A DNA stretch of 64,000 bases from Eledone cirrhosa (Eukaryota): positions 2,046,001-2,110,000 of the forward strand of contig OZ024758.1 of NCBI GenBank assembly GCA_964016885.1, written 5' to 3'. Position 1 is the stretch's first letter. The number at the start of each line of letters is the position of its first letter. A model generated the notes under the pieces. The model saw only the letters and a list, made by a program, of their open reading frames with translations. It had not been told where the DNA came from and made no database searches. This document shows positions 39,997 through 51,800 of the stretch, in pieces. The translations under genes were made by a program, and so were the position numbers.

Positions 39997-40441
39997 GGTT
40001 GTACTTCGGCATCTGACGACCAAGGTACTCTATGCTTGAAGTGCATAGCGAAGTATGCTAGTAAGACTGATGACTTTTTTGTCTCTGCTCTCAGACTTAC
40101 TGGCGTGCGTATCGCCATTCACTGTTGTCATCTGGTCCGGCAGAGGCGAGGGCTGTCACACATTGCATTCTCCTCTTGACCATGGTCGAGCCGGGTAGAT
40201 TTTGTTATAACCCACCCCTTGACTTTCTGGTCATGTAGGAGGTCGCAACACCTCAATTCTTGGACCCGGTGGCATAACTGACTACTTGTTGTGACCTTGT
40301 GTTTGTGTCTACTGCTAACATTTACTGCTGGGTCTCTGCCATGGTTTAGTCAACATCTACATTGTGTATGATCATCAGAATCAGCATTTTTCATGGAATA
40401 CTTCAAGTATTTTGATGCACTGCTTGTGATCCTGTACTGGA
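39997..40441 (+). other. Putative non-coding 5' UTR exon of DGCR8
   Basis: TTATTCAG acceptor and GTAAGT donor bound a GC-richer, structured island with no long ORF. Confidence 0.45.
40040..40123 (+). ncRNA. Candidate pri-miRNA-like / Microprocessor-substrate hairpin in putative DGCR8 5' UTR exon
   Basis: Stem about 31 positions long (AGTGCATAGCGAAGTATGCTAGTAAGACTGA / TCAGACTTACTGGCGTGCGTATCGCCATTCACT); UG at 40037-38; CATC (CNNC) at 40129-32. Confidence 0.55.
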
Positions 40442-42274
40442 GTAAGTATAAATGCTTTGTGAGTCAATGTTTAGTTAGAGCAGATGTTATGGGGTCTATC
40501 ATGTTTATGTAATGTTAAAATATTATTTTTGACCCCACTGTATCTGTAAAAACCTTTTGCAAATTTATTTTTATTTAATCATTTTTACTTTAGTTTTTTT
40601 TTTTTTTTTTTTCATTTAAATCATTTTAATGTTTTATTTTAATTTTTTTTTTTTATTTAGTTTGAGTTGGTGTTTTTCTATTGATATTTAATACACTTCT
40701 TTGAGAAACTTAAATTTTCTAATGAATAATACGTGAAATATAATTTTATATACCTGTTAATTATGAGAAAACCACCATAAGTATGTTAATTAAACTAGTT
40801 AGGGGATTGAAATTGTTACCTGTTGAAATGAACTAATTTAATGTGGAAAGTGATATAAGGCTAAACAATGTAAAATATGAACTAACAGAAAAGTAAGTTA
40901 CCTGGTAATCTTTTTTTTTTGTTGTTGTTTTTGTTGCTGTTTCTTTTGTCCTGATATTTTGGGACTTAAATTTCTTTATTTAATATAAATTTAATACCAA
41001 AGAGAAGAAACCAGTTTTCTCTGAAAGTCCATTATACTCTGATGAAAGGAATTTTAAGCCCTACAATATTAACAGAAAAAAAAGAACTGCAACAAAAAAA
41101 AAAACCCAAGATTTACCTCACATAATATCTCACATATTTACATTACTCTATATATACTATTATATTTTCACAGTAAAGGCTTTACCTCACATAATATCTC
41201 ACATAACATTTACATTACTCTATATATACTATTGTATTTTCATGGTAAAGGCTTTATTTCACATAATATTGAATCTATGAGATTTTGATATTATTTATTT
41301 TGGGAACATTACCTTAACATAAGTATGAAAAGCCAGTTTGAACTGAAAGAGGTAAGAGAATTCTGGTCAGATATGGCTGGTTTAAATGCTAAAGGGTTTA
41401 AAAGTTTTAGTGCAAAGAAAACTATAGTTATGGCAACGTTTTAATGAAATAAAAATATAGCTACTAGTGCTTTAGTTTGAAATAATATGGTTAAAGAATC
41501 AAATAATTGGAGGACTTTTGTAGTGAAATTGTAAACTTAAAATACTATAAAAGGTTTTAGTAATACCTATATAGGAGTTTATATAAATGTTCAACATGCC
41601 ACATTTAAATACTTTGCTGGTGTTAAAGTATATTTGCTCTGTTTTCAGATTTTCTCTGCTCGTAAATATATTTTGAAAGAACCAAATCCTGTTTTGACTA
41701 TAAACTTTGATTGGTATACTTTTAGAAATAATTCCAGGTTTTCTTTTCCTTGTCAATAATATATTATATATTGTGGACCACAAACAGTATTGACCTAGAA
41801 GTATACTATATATTGTGGACTACAAATATTTAGTATTTACCTAGAAATAGTCAATAATATATTGTAGACCACAAATACATTCTAAGTTCATATCTATACC
41901 GTCTTTCTTGCATGTCCTGACAGGGTCTCTAAAGTCCAAACTTACTTACTTTACTCCTACCCATTAAGCACCCCTACCTCCACCCATACTACTTCCTTCA
42001 CCTGACCCCGAGGCTGTCCAGATATACTTACCATTCTCGTTACATCACATTGCTCATATTGTTGATTGTATTTACTTTATCATTTTACTTCTTCACACCT
42101 TTCTCACCTGACTTAGGCATCACGCTTCTGTTACAAAATAATTGTCACAACATAGCCAGAAATTGTTTCGTTGTCAGTAAATAGCCAGCTGCTTAAACAC
42201 CTTATATATTTTTACAATTTTCTAGAAGCCAGTATATTAGTCCATCACTGCATTTGATCCACCAACACCTTTTA

Positions 42275-42311
<37 letters not shown>

Positions 42312-42606
42312 TACAGTTTTCTAGAAGCCAGTATAATCCATTACTACATTTGATTCACCATCAACCTATTACAAATCTTGCATCATTTTATGCATCTGTT
42401 AGCTGCACTCTGCAATTGAATTTAATTGTAAAAGAGCATAGTAGTAGTAGCCCTCACTTACTTTTTTATATTAACTGTCTTCAACTTTGACTCTTATGAG
42501 AAATAATTCTTTATTTGAAATTAATAGGCAATCCCTGAAATTCCTGGATTGATTCCTATAATGAATATTAAGTTAATGGTAGATCAAAGTAGATAAGACT
42601 TTAGAT

Positions 42607-42910
42607 CAGGACTTCTCAAACTTTTTAGGCCACCAGCCCCCTCATGTTCACATAATACCCTCAGCAACCCCACCTCGATTTACAGAGTCCTACCTACACG
42701 CAAATTGTAAATAATATATAATTAATAAAATCATTAATTTATATATATAATATATATTATGTATAAATAAATATTATGTTTTTTTATTTTACTATATTAG
42801 ATATTTAATATACTATTATATCATCTCTACTGGCCTCTTAGACCCCAGTGCCTCCCTGGACCTTCTCAATGTCCCCCAGGGGGCAGTAGCACCCACTTTG
42901 AGAACCTCTG
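42607..42910. mobile_element. hAT-type MITE (same family as 15067-15363, opposite orientation)
   Basis: CAG...CTG TIRs; 8-bp TSD CTTTAGAT. Confidence 0.85.
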
Positions 42911-44490
42911 CTTTAGATGAAGGTCTTCCAATATCAGTCACAGACATTGTTTCCTCTATATTAAGGTAGGGGCACTGCTTTGTCTCAATCTGCCCTTCCT
43001 GAAAAATACTAACACACACACACTTTCAAATTTTTTAAATTCTGTAACATTTAAATTAAAAAACTAGTGGAAAATGGAATTTTGAGAAACTATATTTATA
43101 TTTTTAAATGTTGGTCAATCAGTGATAAACATTGATTGCCAGCTAAATTATTTATAGAAATATACTGAAGTGAGCTTCATACAACAAACATTTAAATATT
43201 TTTAGAGAAGTTAAAGCTTGAACAACATTCATTACCATCTCCAATTAAAGCGATAAAAATAAAATGGTAGCTTTTAATTAATTACTATAGTCCTTTTATT
43301 GATCTCTGTATGTTTTTATTTATTTTTTTTATTTATTTTTCATTTTCAAAATTTACAATTTTGTTTTTTTAATATCCATCCCATCATTGAAAAGACAGCT
43401 AAGTTTCTGGGGTGTAATAAGAATAAGTTTTAGGTGTGGTGAATTGTAGATTTGTTTCAGTTTTATAGTTTTCACGGTTAACTTTTACGACGCTGAATCT
43501 TTATGAATTGCCTCCCTCGACACTGCATTATCTATTGAGGGGAGATTACTCTATCAGCGACTTATGTCGTGAACAGCGCCCAGAAGGTTAAATTGTAAGT
43601 GTTGTTGGGATTAAGTTTGATGTGTCTTAACTCTTTAGCATTTACATTACTCTATATATACTATTGTATTTTCATGGTAAAGGCTTTACCTCACATAATA
43701 TTGAATCTATGAGATTTTGATATTATTTGAGTGGCCAGTTACAGCTGGTTTAAATGCTAAAGGGTTGAGAGAAGAGTTATTTAAAACCTCAACTCTATAT
43801 ATTACTAGTGATTACAGTAAAATGCCGATATTACACTTGTTTGAAAGGGTCTATTACTGCAGATTTCAGGTTTTTATAAATAGTATCTTTTAGTAGCATC
43901 ACCATTTTTATATAGTATTTCATCCATTTACATTCTGATCTAAGTTGTTGCGAGCTATAAAAAATAACATTTTGCTATAGTAATGTTTGTTTTCTGTCTC
44001 ATAGAAAGCTGTTGTTATAAATATGGTTTCTTAATATCTATTATCAGTAAAGTTGAGAAAAGTGACTTTGTAGGAAAACAACACTAGTGTTTGCTATTAA
44101 AATGGAGAGAAATGTTCTTCTTTGCCCACATTCCTGAGAGGGTCGTAGGGGCAGAGTTCTCAAACACTTCTTCCAGCGGGTCCTGTCAGAAGCAGCCACC
44201 TCTAACTGATCCTGCTGGATCCCCAAAGAAACATGACCAGCCAAGCTCATGGATGTTATCCAACCATCTTGCTCTGGGTTTCCTGTCAGTTGGTTTTGCC
44301 CGTAAAATCTATCCAGTGATTCTTTCTTGAGACAATGATCTGATTCTTTTACTGGCCATTGAAGAATGCTACAGAAACTCTGCTGTAGATAATATGTAGT
44401 TATCCAACTGACTATATTTTTCACCACTAAGGAAAAGAAAAACTTCTAAACATTCTGTCTAGTAACTAATATGTCTTCCATTTATGTTAC

Positions 44491-44906
44491 CCCTTTAGCA
44501 TTTACATTACTCTATATTTTCTATTGTATTTTCGCAGTAAATGCTTTATTTCACATAATATTGAATCTATGAGATTGTCATATTATTTATTTTGAGAACA
44601 ATAGCTTAATCCGTTAACATTTAAACCGGCCATAACCGGCCAGAATTTTCTCACCTTTTTCTGTCCAAACTGGCTATAACCGGCCGCTCATACTTATGTT
44701 TAGGTATTGTTCTCAAAATTAAAAAATATCAATCTCGTAGATTTAGTATTATGTGAGGTAAAGCCTTTATCGTGAAAATACAATTGTATATATATAAAGT
44801 AAATGCTAAAGAATTAACATCTATATGAGCAACCGGTTACAGCCAGTTTGAACAAAAAGAGGTGAGAGAATTCTTACCAGATATGGCCGGTTTAAATGTT
44901 AAAGTG
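44491..44906. mobile_element. piggyBac-type MITE with an inverted copy of its own family (44610-44813) inserted at its internal TTAA
   Basis: TTAA at 44606-09 and 44814-17 flank the inner copy; the outer element resumes in register. Confidence 0.8.
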
Positions 44907-46207
44907 TTAATGACAGTGAAGTGCTTGAAGATTTGGAATTACTTTCCTTCTGCAGACAAAGTATTACACGTCAGTTTATCATTAGTAATAGATATTATTG
45001 ATGAAGGGTTGTGATTGAACAGAAAAATGATGGAAGTATGGAAAAGGTTCTTGATGCCAATATCTAATTCATGGATCAAATTTCAGAAGTGTATATTGAT
45101 TCTGTAGTTGATGGGACAGTAATGCTAAAAAAGAATCTATTGCTAACGTAACCTGAGAAGGTGCGTGGCCTAGTTGTAAGAGTGTTGGACTTACGATTAT
45201 AATGTGGGTTTGATTCCAGGGCTGGGTTGTGTTATTGAGTAAAACACTTCATTTCATGTTGCTCCAGTATACTCAGCTGAAAATGAGTACCAGTAATAGC
45301 TGGGGTTTTAACTCTGTGATGGACTGGTGTTCGGTCCAGGGTAAGTCTTGCACTCTCAGTTGCTTATCACCATGAAACCAGGATAAGCACTAGCCTAATG
45401 AGTATTCTTTTAGATATCATCAACTGCAGGTGTCTTTTAGATATGTGTTATTCTTGTATATTCTATAGATTCCACATAATGGTAAAAGTATAATAGCTTG
45501 ATATGAAATCTAATTTTGTGGTGCAATTAAAGGTAACAGATAAATTTAGTGAATATATGAGTGAAGCTGAGTTACGTTTGGATTATCTTCCAGGTGAGAA
45601 TATATTTAGTAACTATCGATATATTTAGTTATTACTATCGATTAGTCACTTCTATTGATATATTTAGTAACTACTATCGATATATTTAGTCACTATATTG
45701 ATTTATCATGATCTTTCAACTTTCTGAACTGATTGTAAAAACAATGGACTGATTGTTTTAGTATTCAAGTATCTACTATAACGAGGAGATGTATTGTAAA
45801 AAAATACAAGGGTTTTTTATGGTTATGAAAACGGAAAAGGAAGGGGCAGACAAGGGCTCTGGGGTCACAGAAGAATGGGGAGGGCAAAGGAAGTAGGTGG
45901 TGCGCTCTAGGCCAAGGGTGTGGCAGTATTGGGGCTGAGCCCTGCAGACAAGACTGCAGTTGCTCTTGAATTATCTAGTAATCTGTTTTTTTAAGATTTA
46001 CACCCTAGCATTATTAGAGTTGTAGCTTAATAGAGTGGAAATTAGTATTTAGCTTCATTTCACCAAATCTTGCTGTTACCCCTTCCTTGCATTTGAGGTT
46101 TCTACTTTTCCACATTCAATTTTACAGCATTTGAGGTGCTTCTAATACTACAGTGCTACTCTTTAATTTTTAGGCAGAATTTTATCTAAACTGTTTTCTT
46201 GCTGCAG

Positions 46208-46515
46208 ACCAGTATCATATGAACTCAGAGGAAAAGCCAATTAGGATATTTGCGAAATGATACCAACATTGCATGTAGCTTTCTCCTAGTTACCAGGACA
46301 AAGTGTGGAATAATAATTTCGGCTACTTTTCATAGTTGCCATTTGTTAAAACCCCAGAGACTGGTGGCTTGGTTAAATTTAACAAATGCCAAGCAATGGC
46401 TTCTTAGGTTTTAACAGTACCTTACAACTGCAGAACTGAAAGTATAATAGACTGCGAGTCACCTGCTATGAAGTCTCTCTATTCCAAAAACTCCTGACCC
46501 TTGTTCCTGCTCAAG
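46208..46515 (+). other. Putative non-coding 5' UTR exon of DGCR8 containing a long hairpin
   Basis: TTTTCTTGCTGCAG acceptor, AAG|GTAAGT donor, hairpin at 46343-46417. Confidence 0.45.
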
Positions 46516-47564
46516 GTAAGTATTGAAGTGGTCCTCAAGGATGGATGGGTTGATTAACTGCTCCATCTTTCACAATATCTCTTTCTTACTCTGCTACTCA
46601 TCAATTTCTTTCTTTTTGCCCGTATCTAACTAGTCACACCCTATTCCTTTCAAATGTATTCATGAAATAAGAAATGCTAATAGTTTCATCACCTCAGATC
46701 TTGTTAGAATTGGAAAAGTAGGAAACCCTGTCCTTTCTCCTCAGTTTTAAACATTTTTTCTTAGTATTTTAACGACCCCGCCATTTTTACCTCAAGGTAA
46801 AAAATAAAGCTAATATTTTTTTAGTACAGGATCACATGCAGCCTTGTTGTTGTTGTTATATCTTTTTATGGTTTGGCCTGTTTTTTCAGAATTACTTGTT
46901 TTTTTAAAAACTAATGCTTCCTACTTTTACTAGCATTTGCTGTTGTGTGCAGTTGTGTACATGTGTGTGTGTGTATGTATATATGCGTTTGTGTGTGTGT
47001 GTATATACACAAATGCATAGGTGATGGATTTTATTTTTTTTTTTTTTTTGTGTGTGTTAAAACACAAATTGTGAAATCAATAGATGAGCAAGAAGCCTTA
47101 AAGGTTTAGTTTAGAAACCAATAATCATTATTAGAAGAATGTCTTCAAAAGTGACTTTGGAAAAATGTTTAAGGTAATTCTCTCTCTCTCTCTCGTGTGT
47201 AAATGAGATTTTGTGCCAATGTGTACACATCGACACACACACACACACATGTATATTATAAACCATTCAAATTTTTTTTTTTAATATTTTCCATGAAAAA
47301 TCTCAACCTGCTCCAGCTGTTGAAAGTACAAGAATTTAACCCCTATCTACAGTAGAAATATCACATCTTTATTTGTTTTGAGTGGTTTAACTTTTTTTGT
47401 TGCTTTGGAGGTTCCCATCATTTGTTTACCAATTATTGAATATTGGAATTCCAATATCCGATGTTCTCTTAATTTACGATGTTGGTGTCATTTACTCAAG
47501 TCTATGGTTAGATATGGTGTTACAACAACACTTGATTTTTGAATCTGTTTCTTTTTATATACTT

Positions 47565-47850
47565 ACATATGTACATATATATGTATGTATATATATATAT
47601 ATGGGTATATATATATGTATATGGGTATATATATATATATATGTATATGGGTATATATATATGTATATGGGTATATATATATGTATATGGGTATATATAT
47701 ATGTATATGGGTAGATATATATGTATATGGGTATATGTGTATGTATATGTTCATATATGTGTATGTATATGTTCATATATATGTACATATATGTATATGT
47801 GTATATGTATATATGGGTGTATATATATGTATATATAGGTATATATATAT
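47565..47850. repeat. (AT)n/ATATGGGT microsatellite complex
   Basis: Seen directly. Confidence 0.92.
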
Positions 47851-48304
47851 TTATAATGGTTTGCTATTATAATTATACAATAACTTTTAAGGCTCTCACA
47901 TGAATTTCTGCTCAAAACCACAAATATCTGCTGAATTTTCAACAGTTGTCAACTATTTTTTAAAAACATTTTTATATGCATTCAATAAAATGTTTGATTT
48001 TTATTATCCTTGTATAAATTTTTAAAAGAAATTTGCAGTTTTATTTACTGTAAGCAATTGTTCACTTGCTATCTGTAGGTAGTTTCATGTGTGGTAAGGC
48101 TAATGTAAGGGCATCTCTCTTTCCAGATGAGGATTAATTTCTTTGACTAGTTAGCAAGAGAGAGGTGGCTGAGCAGGTCTGTCCGGGTTAACAGTCCAGC
48201 TCTTTAGAAGAGAAGCTGATAGCCAAGCTTGGCTCCTTTATTGCACAGGTCCACAGCTTTGGCTTGAGGCTATCTCAAATCTACAACACAAGTGATAAAC
48301 TGCA

Positions 48305-48866
48305 ATGGAAGAGCCTGGATCTCCATGCAATGCAGATGATGATGAAACGCAAAACAGCAATGATGAAAACTGTGAGAACCATTTGCTGCCACCATCAACG
48401 CAAACGTCCAATCTAACTAATAATAAAAGATTGTACTTTGACACTGATGATGGTAGAAAAAGCGACATAGACTATGGCTGTACTCCTGAAAAACGTCCAC
48501 TAATTTTGTCTCCCGTTTCTGGGGTCATTACCTGTGTTGAAACCTATTTAGACTGTGATCGAGAATCTAGACTTCCTAGTGGAGAACATTCTGCACAAAC
48601 TTCTCATGTGTTTGAAATCATAGACGATCTTGAACTGGATGATGATGGACTGGGCACTGATATAGGTGCTCGGAGTTATATTTCAAATGGTCGAGAATCA
48701 CTTGATCTTTCTAGTGACGATGATGATGATGAAGAATATTTGGATGACAATGAGGTCTATGCCTGGCTGGAAGAGGGGGTGGATTCCCGTAAATCTGGAT
48801 CCGATGGAGAAACAAAGGATGATGGATCGCAGGGGCCAATTGAAGTGCAAAAGATAGTTTTAAAAG
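48305..48866 (+). CDS. DGCR8: DGCR8 coding exon 1 (acidic N-terminus; exon begins at 48127)
   Basis: GCAATGG start; ends ...EVQKIVLK with G|GTAAAA donor; acceptor TTTCCAG at 48126. Confidence 0.88.
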
Positions 48867-51800
48867 GTAAAATATTATTGGATTTTTAAAAATTTGTATT
48901 ATTGTTTGTTTGTTCTTGTTAAACATTTTATTTATATCAATTCCTTTCTTAACATTTTTCACCGATATCATCGTATAACTGCATTATCAACACTTTAGTG
49001 AAAACATCAATTTTTAAACAGTTAATTCTTTCATTATCTACTATGATATCACATATATGAAAAAACTTGACTGTTAATTCTCTTCATCATTATCCTATAT
49101 TCCGAGATGGAAATGTTACCTATTATATGTATAAATTCATTTACCTTTAACGAGGCTTACAAATTACTTTTAATCTTGTGTCAAATTTCTTCTTGTAAAG
49201 AACTAAAACTTATTACTTGTAACCATAGTTCTGTCTTAATTGCAAATGTCTTGTGTATTCAGTATTCTTACCAAATCATTGATATCCTAGTAAAATGTGG
49301 TAGACTGAATTACAAATTCTATTGAACATGTAACTTTATTAAACTAAATAGATTTACTGCTTAACCCTTTAGCATTTACTAATTCTGACCGGATATGGTC
49401 TGTTTAAATGCTAAAGGGTTAAACTAAACAGATTTACTGGTTAATATTTAACAGGATTTTTTCTTTTTTCTATAAAATATATTATCTGTATTTCAGAGAG
49501 AGGCCATGATCCATTTGACATTCTACCAGAAGGTTGGATAATAGTAACTCATAACAGTGGCATGCCAGTATATTTGCACAAAGAATCCAGAGTATGTACT
49601 CTCTCCAAACCATACTTCTTGGGACCTGGTAGTGCCAGGGTAAGTGTGTACATGTATCATCATCGTTTAACGTCCATCTTCCACACTAGCTTGGGTTAGA
49701 CGGGATTTGCCCACTTGAGGCAAGATTGGTCGGGTGACTGTGTCTCGCTCGTATAGGACTCTGGCAGGTTTTCTACGGCTGGATGCCCTTCTTAACACCA
49801 TATATATGTGAGAGAGAGAAGACCCCCTTTGGTCACGAATGACCATAGGATTTGCACCTAGAATTATTTTAATTATTAAGATTGTATTTGTAACAACAAA
49901 AAAGTTTTATATAAAATTATCCTGGAAAGTCTTAAGAATCATTTAACATGGATGATTTTCATAGAACTAGAGGTGGTTTTGGGTGGGTTGGTGTTGAAAC
50001 AGGTAAAATTGTTTGCACCAATTTGAGGTAGAATAGAACTAGGGGCTCCCTTTTAAAGGAATGGTTTATCTTTTGTTAATAATTATATGTAATATTGTAT
50101 GCTGGCCTTCCACAAACAAATCTTACCCAGGCTCGTACCTTGGAAGGAAACTTTCTAAGTGCCAGACCATGGTGTGACCGATGGCAGCCTTTCATCAATA
50201 TTGCAGGTTAAAAATCTAAGTAGTTACTTTCTTTTTTTTTTTGCTAGAAACACGACATTCCTGTTAGTGCCATTCCTTGTCTTCATTATTCCCGGGAATT
50301 GGAAAAAGAAAGTCAACATGACAGTTCTAAAGATATGGATCCTTTATCTATCACTGAAGATCTTGAATGTACAGATAACCAGAATTCTGAGCAAGCTGAA
50401 GACACTGTTGAATCAGGTAAGGTTTTTCACAAGGACATTGAGTTTATATATATTTCATTGACAATATTTGAAGCAGCTTGTGACCTTGTTTTATCAATTG
50501 TTAAACTTGAATTGTTTTTATTTTCGTCTTAACTACTTTCCAATTTCTTCCTGTCTATTGACAGATATTTGTTAAAGAATAAATTTTAAGGAAATATAAT
50601 AAATAGGCTATGTAGCCGGTAAATGCTAAAGGAACGCAACACATCACTATAGCATTTCACCAGCCCCTTACTTCTGTTGTCTCTATCTGTTTATATATTT
50701 ACGTGTAGATGTGTGTGTAACTAAAGCGCAACGTATGTTACTAATGGACGACTAAATCATTTTAACTTGTCTTTTAACAATTTATGGTGGAAACGATTTC
50801 AAATTGTCTTTTCTTAACTCGGGCTGCAACTCATGGTGTCTGACACTCTTACCGGCTACATAGTCACTTCCAAAATATAACATGGTAGAGCGTCGGACAG
50901 CATGCTTTATAGCAGTCATGTCAGACTGAGGGTACCCCCGAGAGCCACATGGGTCAGGGTCACATAGTGTTGTCTGAGGGCCACACTTGACAACTAACTT
51001 TTTATTTTATATTATGAAGATAAAGCATACTTGCGCTGTAAAAACCTTTGTAAAGGGCCGCATGTTTGACATGCCTACTTTACAGCATAATTACATCCCT
51101 TAATGGTCTGAGTTCAAATCCTGCTGAGGTTACCTTTGCTTTTCATTCTTCCAGGGTTGATAAATCTACATTTAAAAGAAATGAAGTGTTCTGTAAGTGT
51201 TTATTGGTAAATTGTTCTGTTTCAGAGTTTCCAGCCACGAGTGAGAATGATAGTGATCAGTTGAATAATAACCAAGATGGTAATACTTGTCCTATGGGAG
51301 ATGTAGATGGTAATTCAAAGACTCCTGCAGTTAAGATTGAATGTGCTGAAGAAAGAAAAAAGGAAAATTCACTAGGTAATTATTATTATTATTATTAATG
51401 CTTATTAACACCTTTTGATATTATATTTCTGAAGACCGAATGTTGTTTATTATTATTTTTTTTTAATTTTTGGTTGTCAAAATTCGGGTGCGTCCTCGAG
51501 GACAAAGCGCCTTCATCTTCGGTAAATACTGTTCTCATTTAGTTTCTAATATTTAGGTATCTAGTAAATCAGACCAAAATTAACCCTTTAGCATTTAAAC
51601 TGGCCATATCCGGCTAGAATTCTCTCACCTCTTTCTTTCAAACCGGCTGCTTGTACTTATGTTAAGGTATTATTCTCAAAATAAATATCAAAATCTCATA
51701 GATTTGATATTATGTGAGATGATTATGTGAAATAAAGTGTTTACCATGAAAATATGGTAGTAAATATAGAGTAATGTAAATGCTAAAGGGTTATGGGATA

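Noticed and set aside
40067-40073. CTGATGA as a hammerhead core or C box
   Set aside because: No GAAA after a stem II and no matching D box or terminal stem; it lies within the pri-miRNA-like hairpin.
39860-40440. Telomerase RNA or RNase P/MRP identity for the structured island
   Set aside because: No CTAACCCTAA-type template and no P4 consensus motifs found on either strand.
24026-48305. Shared bidirectional promoter for RAD50 and DGCR8
   Set aside because: The start codons are 24 kb apart, with tRNAs, TEs and a gap between; the DGCR8 TSS cannot be located from sequence.
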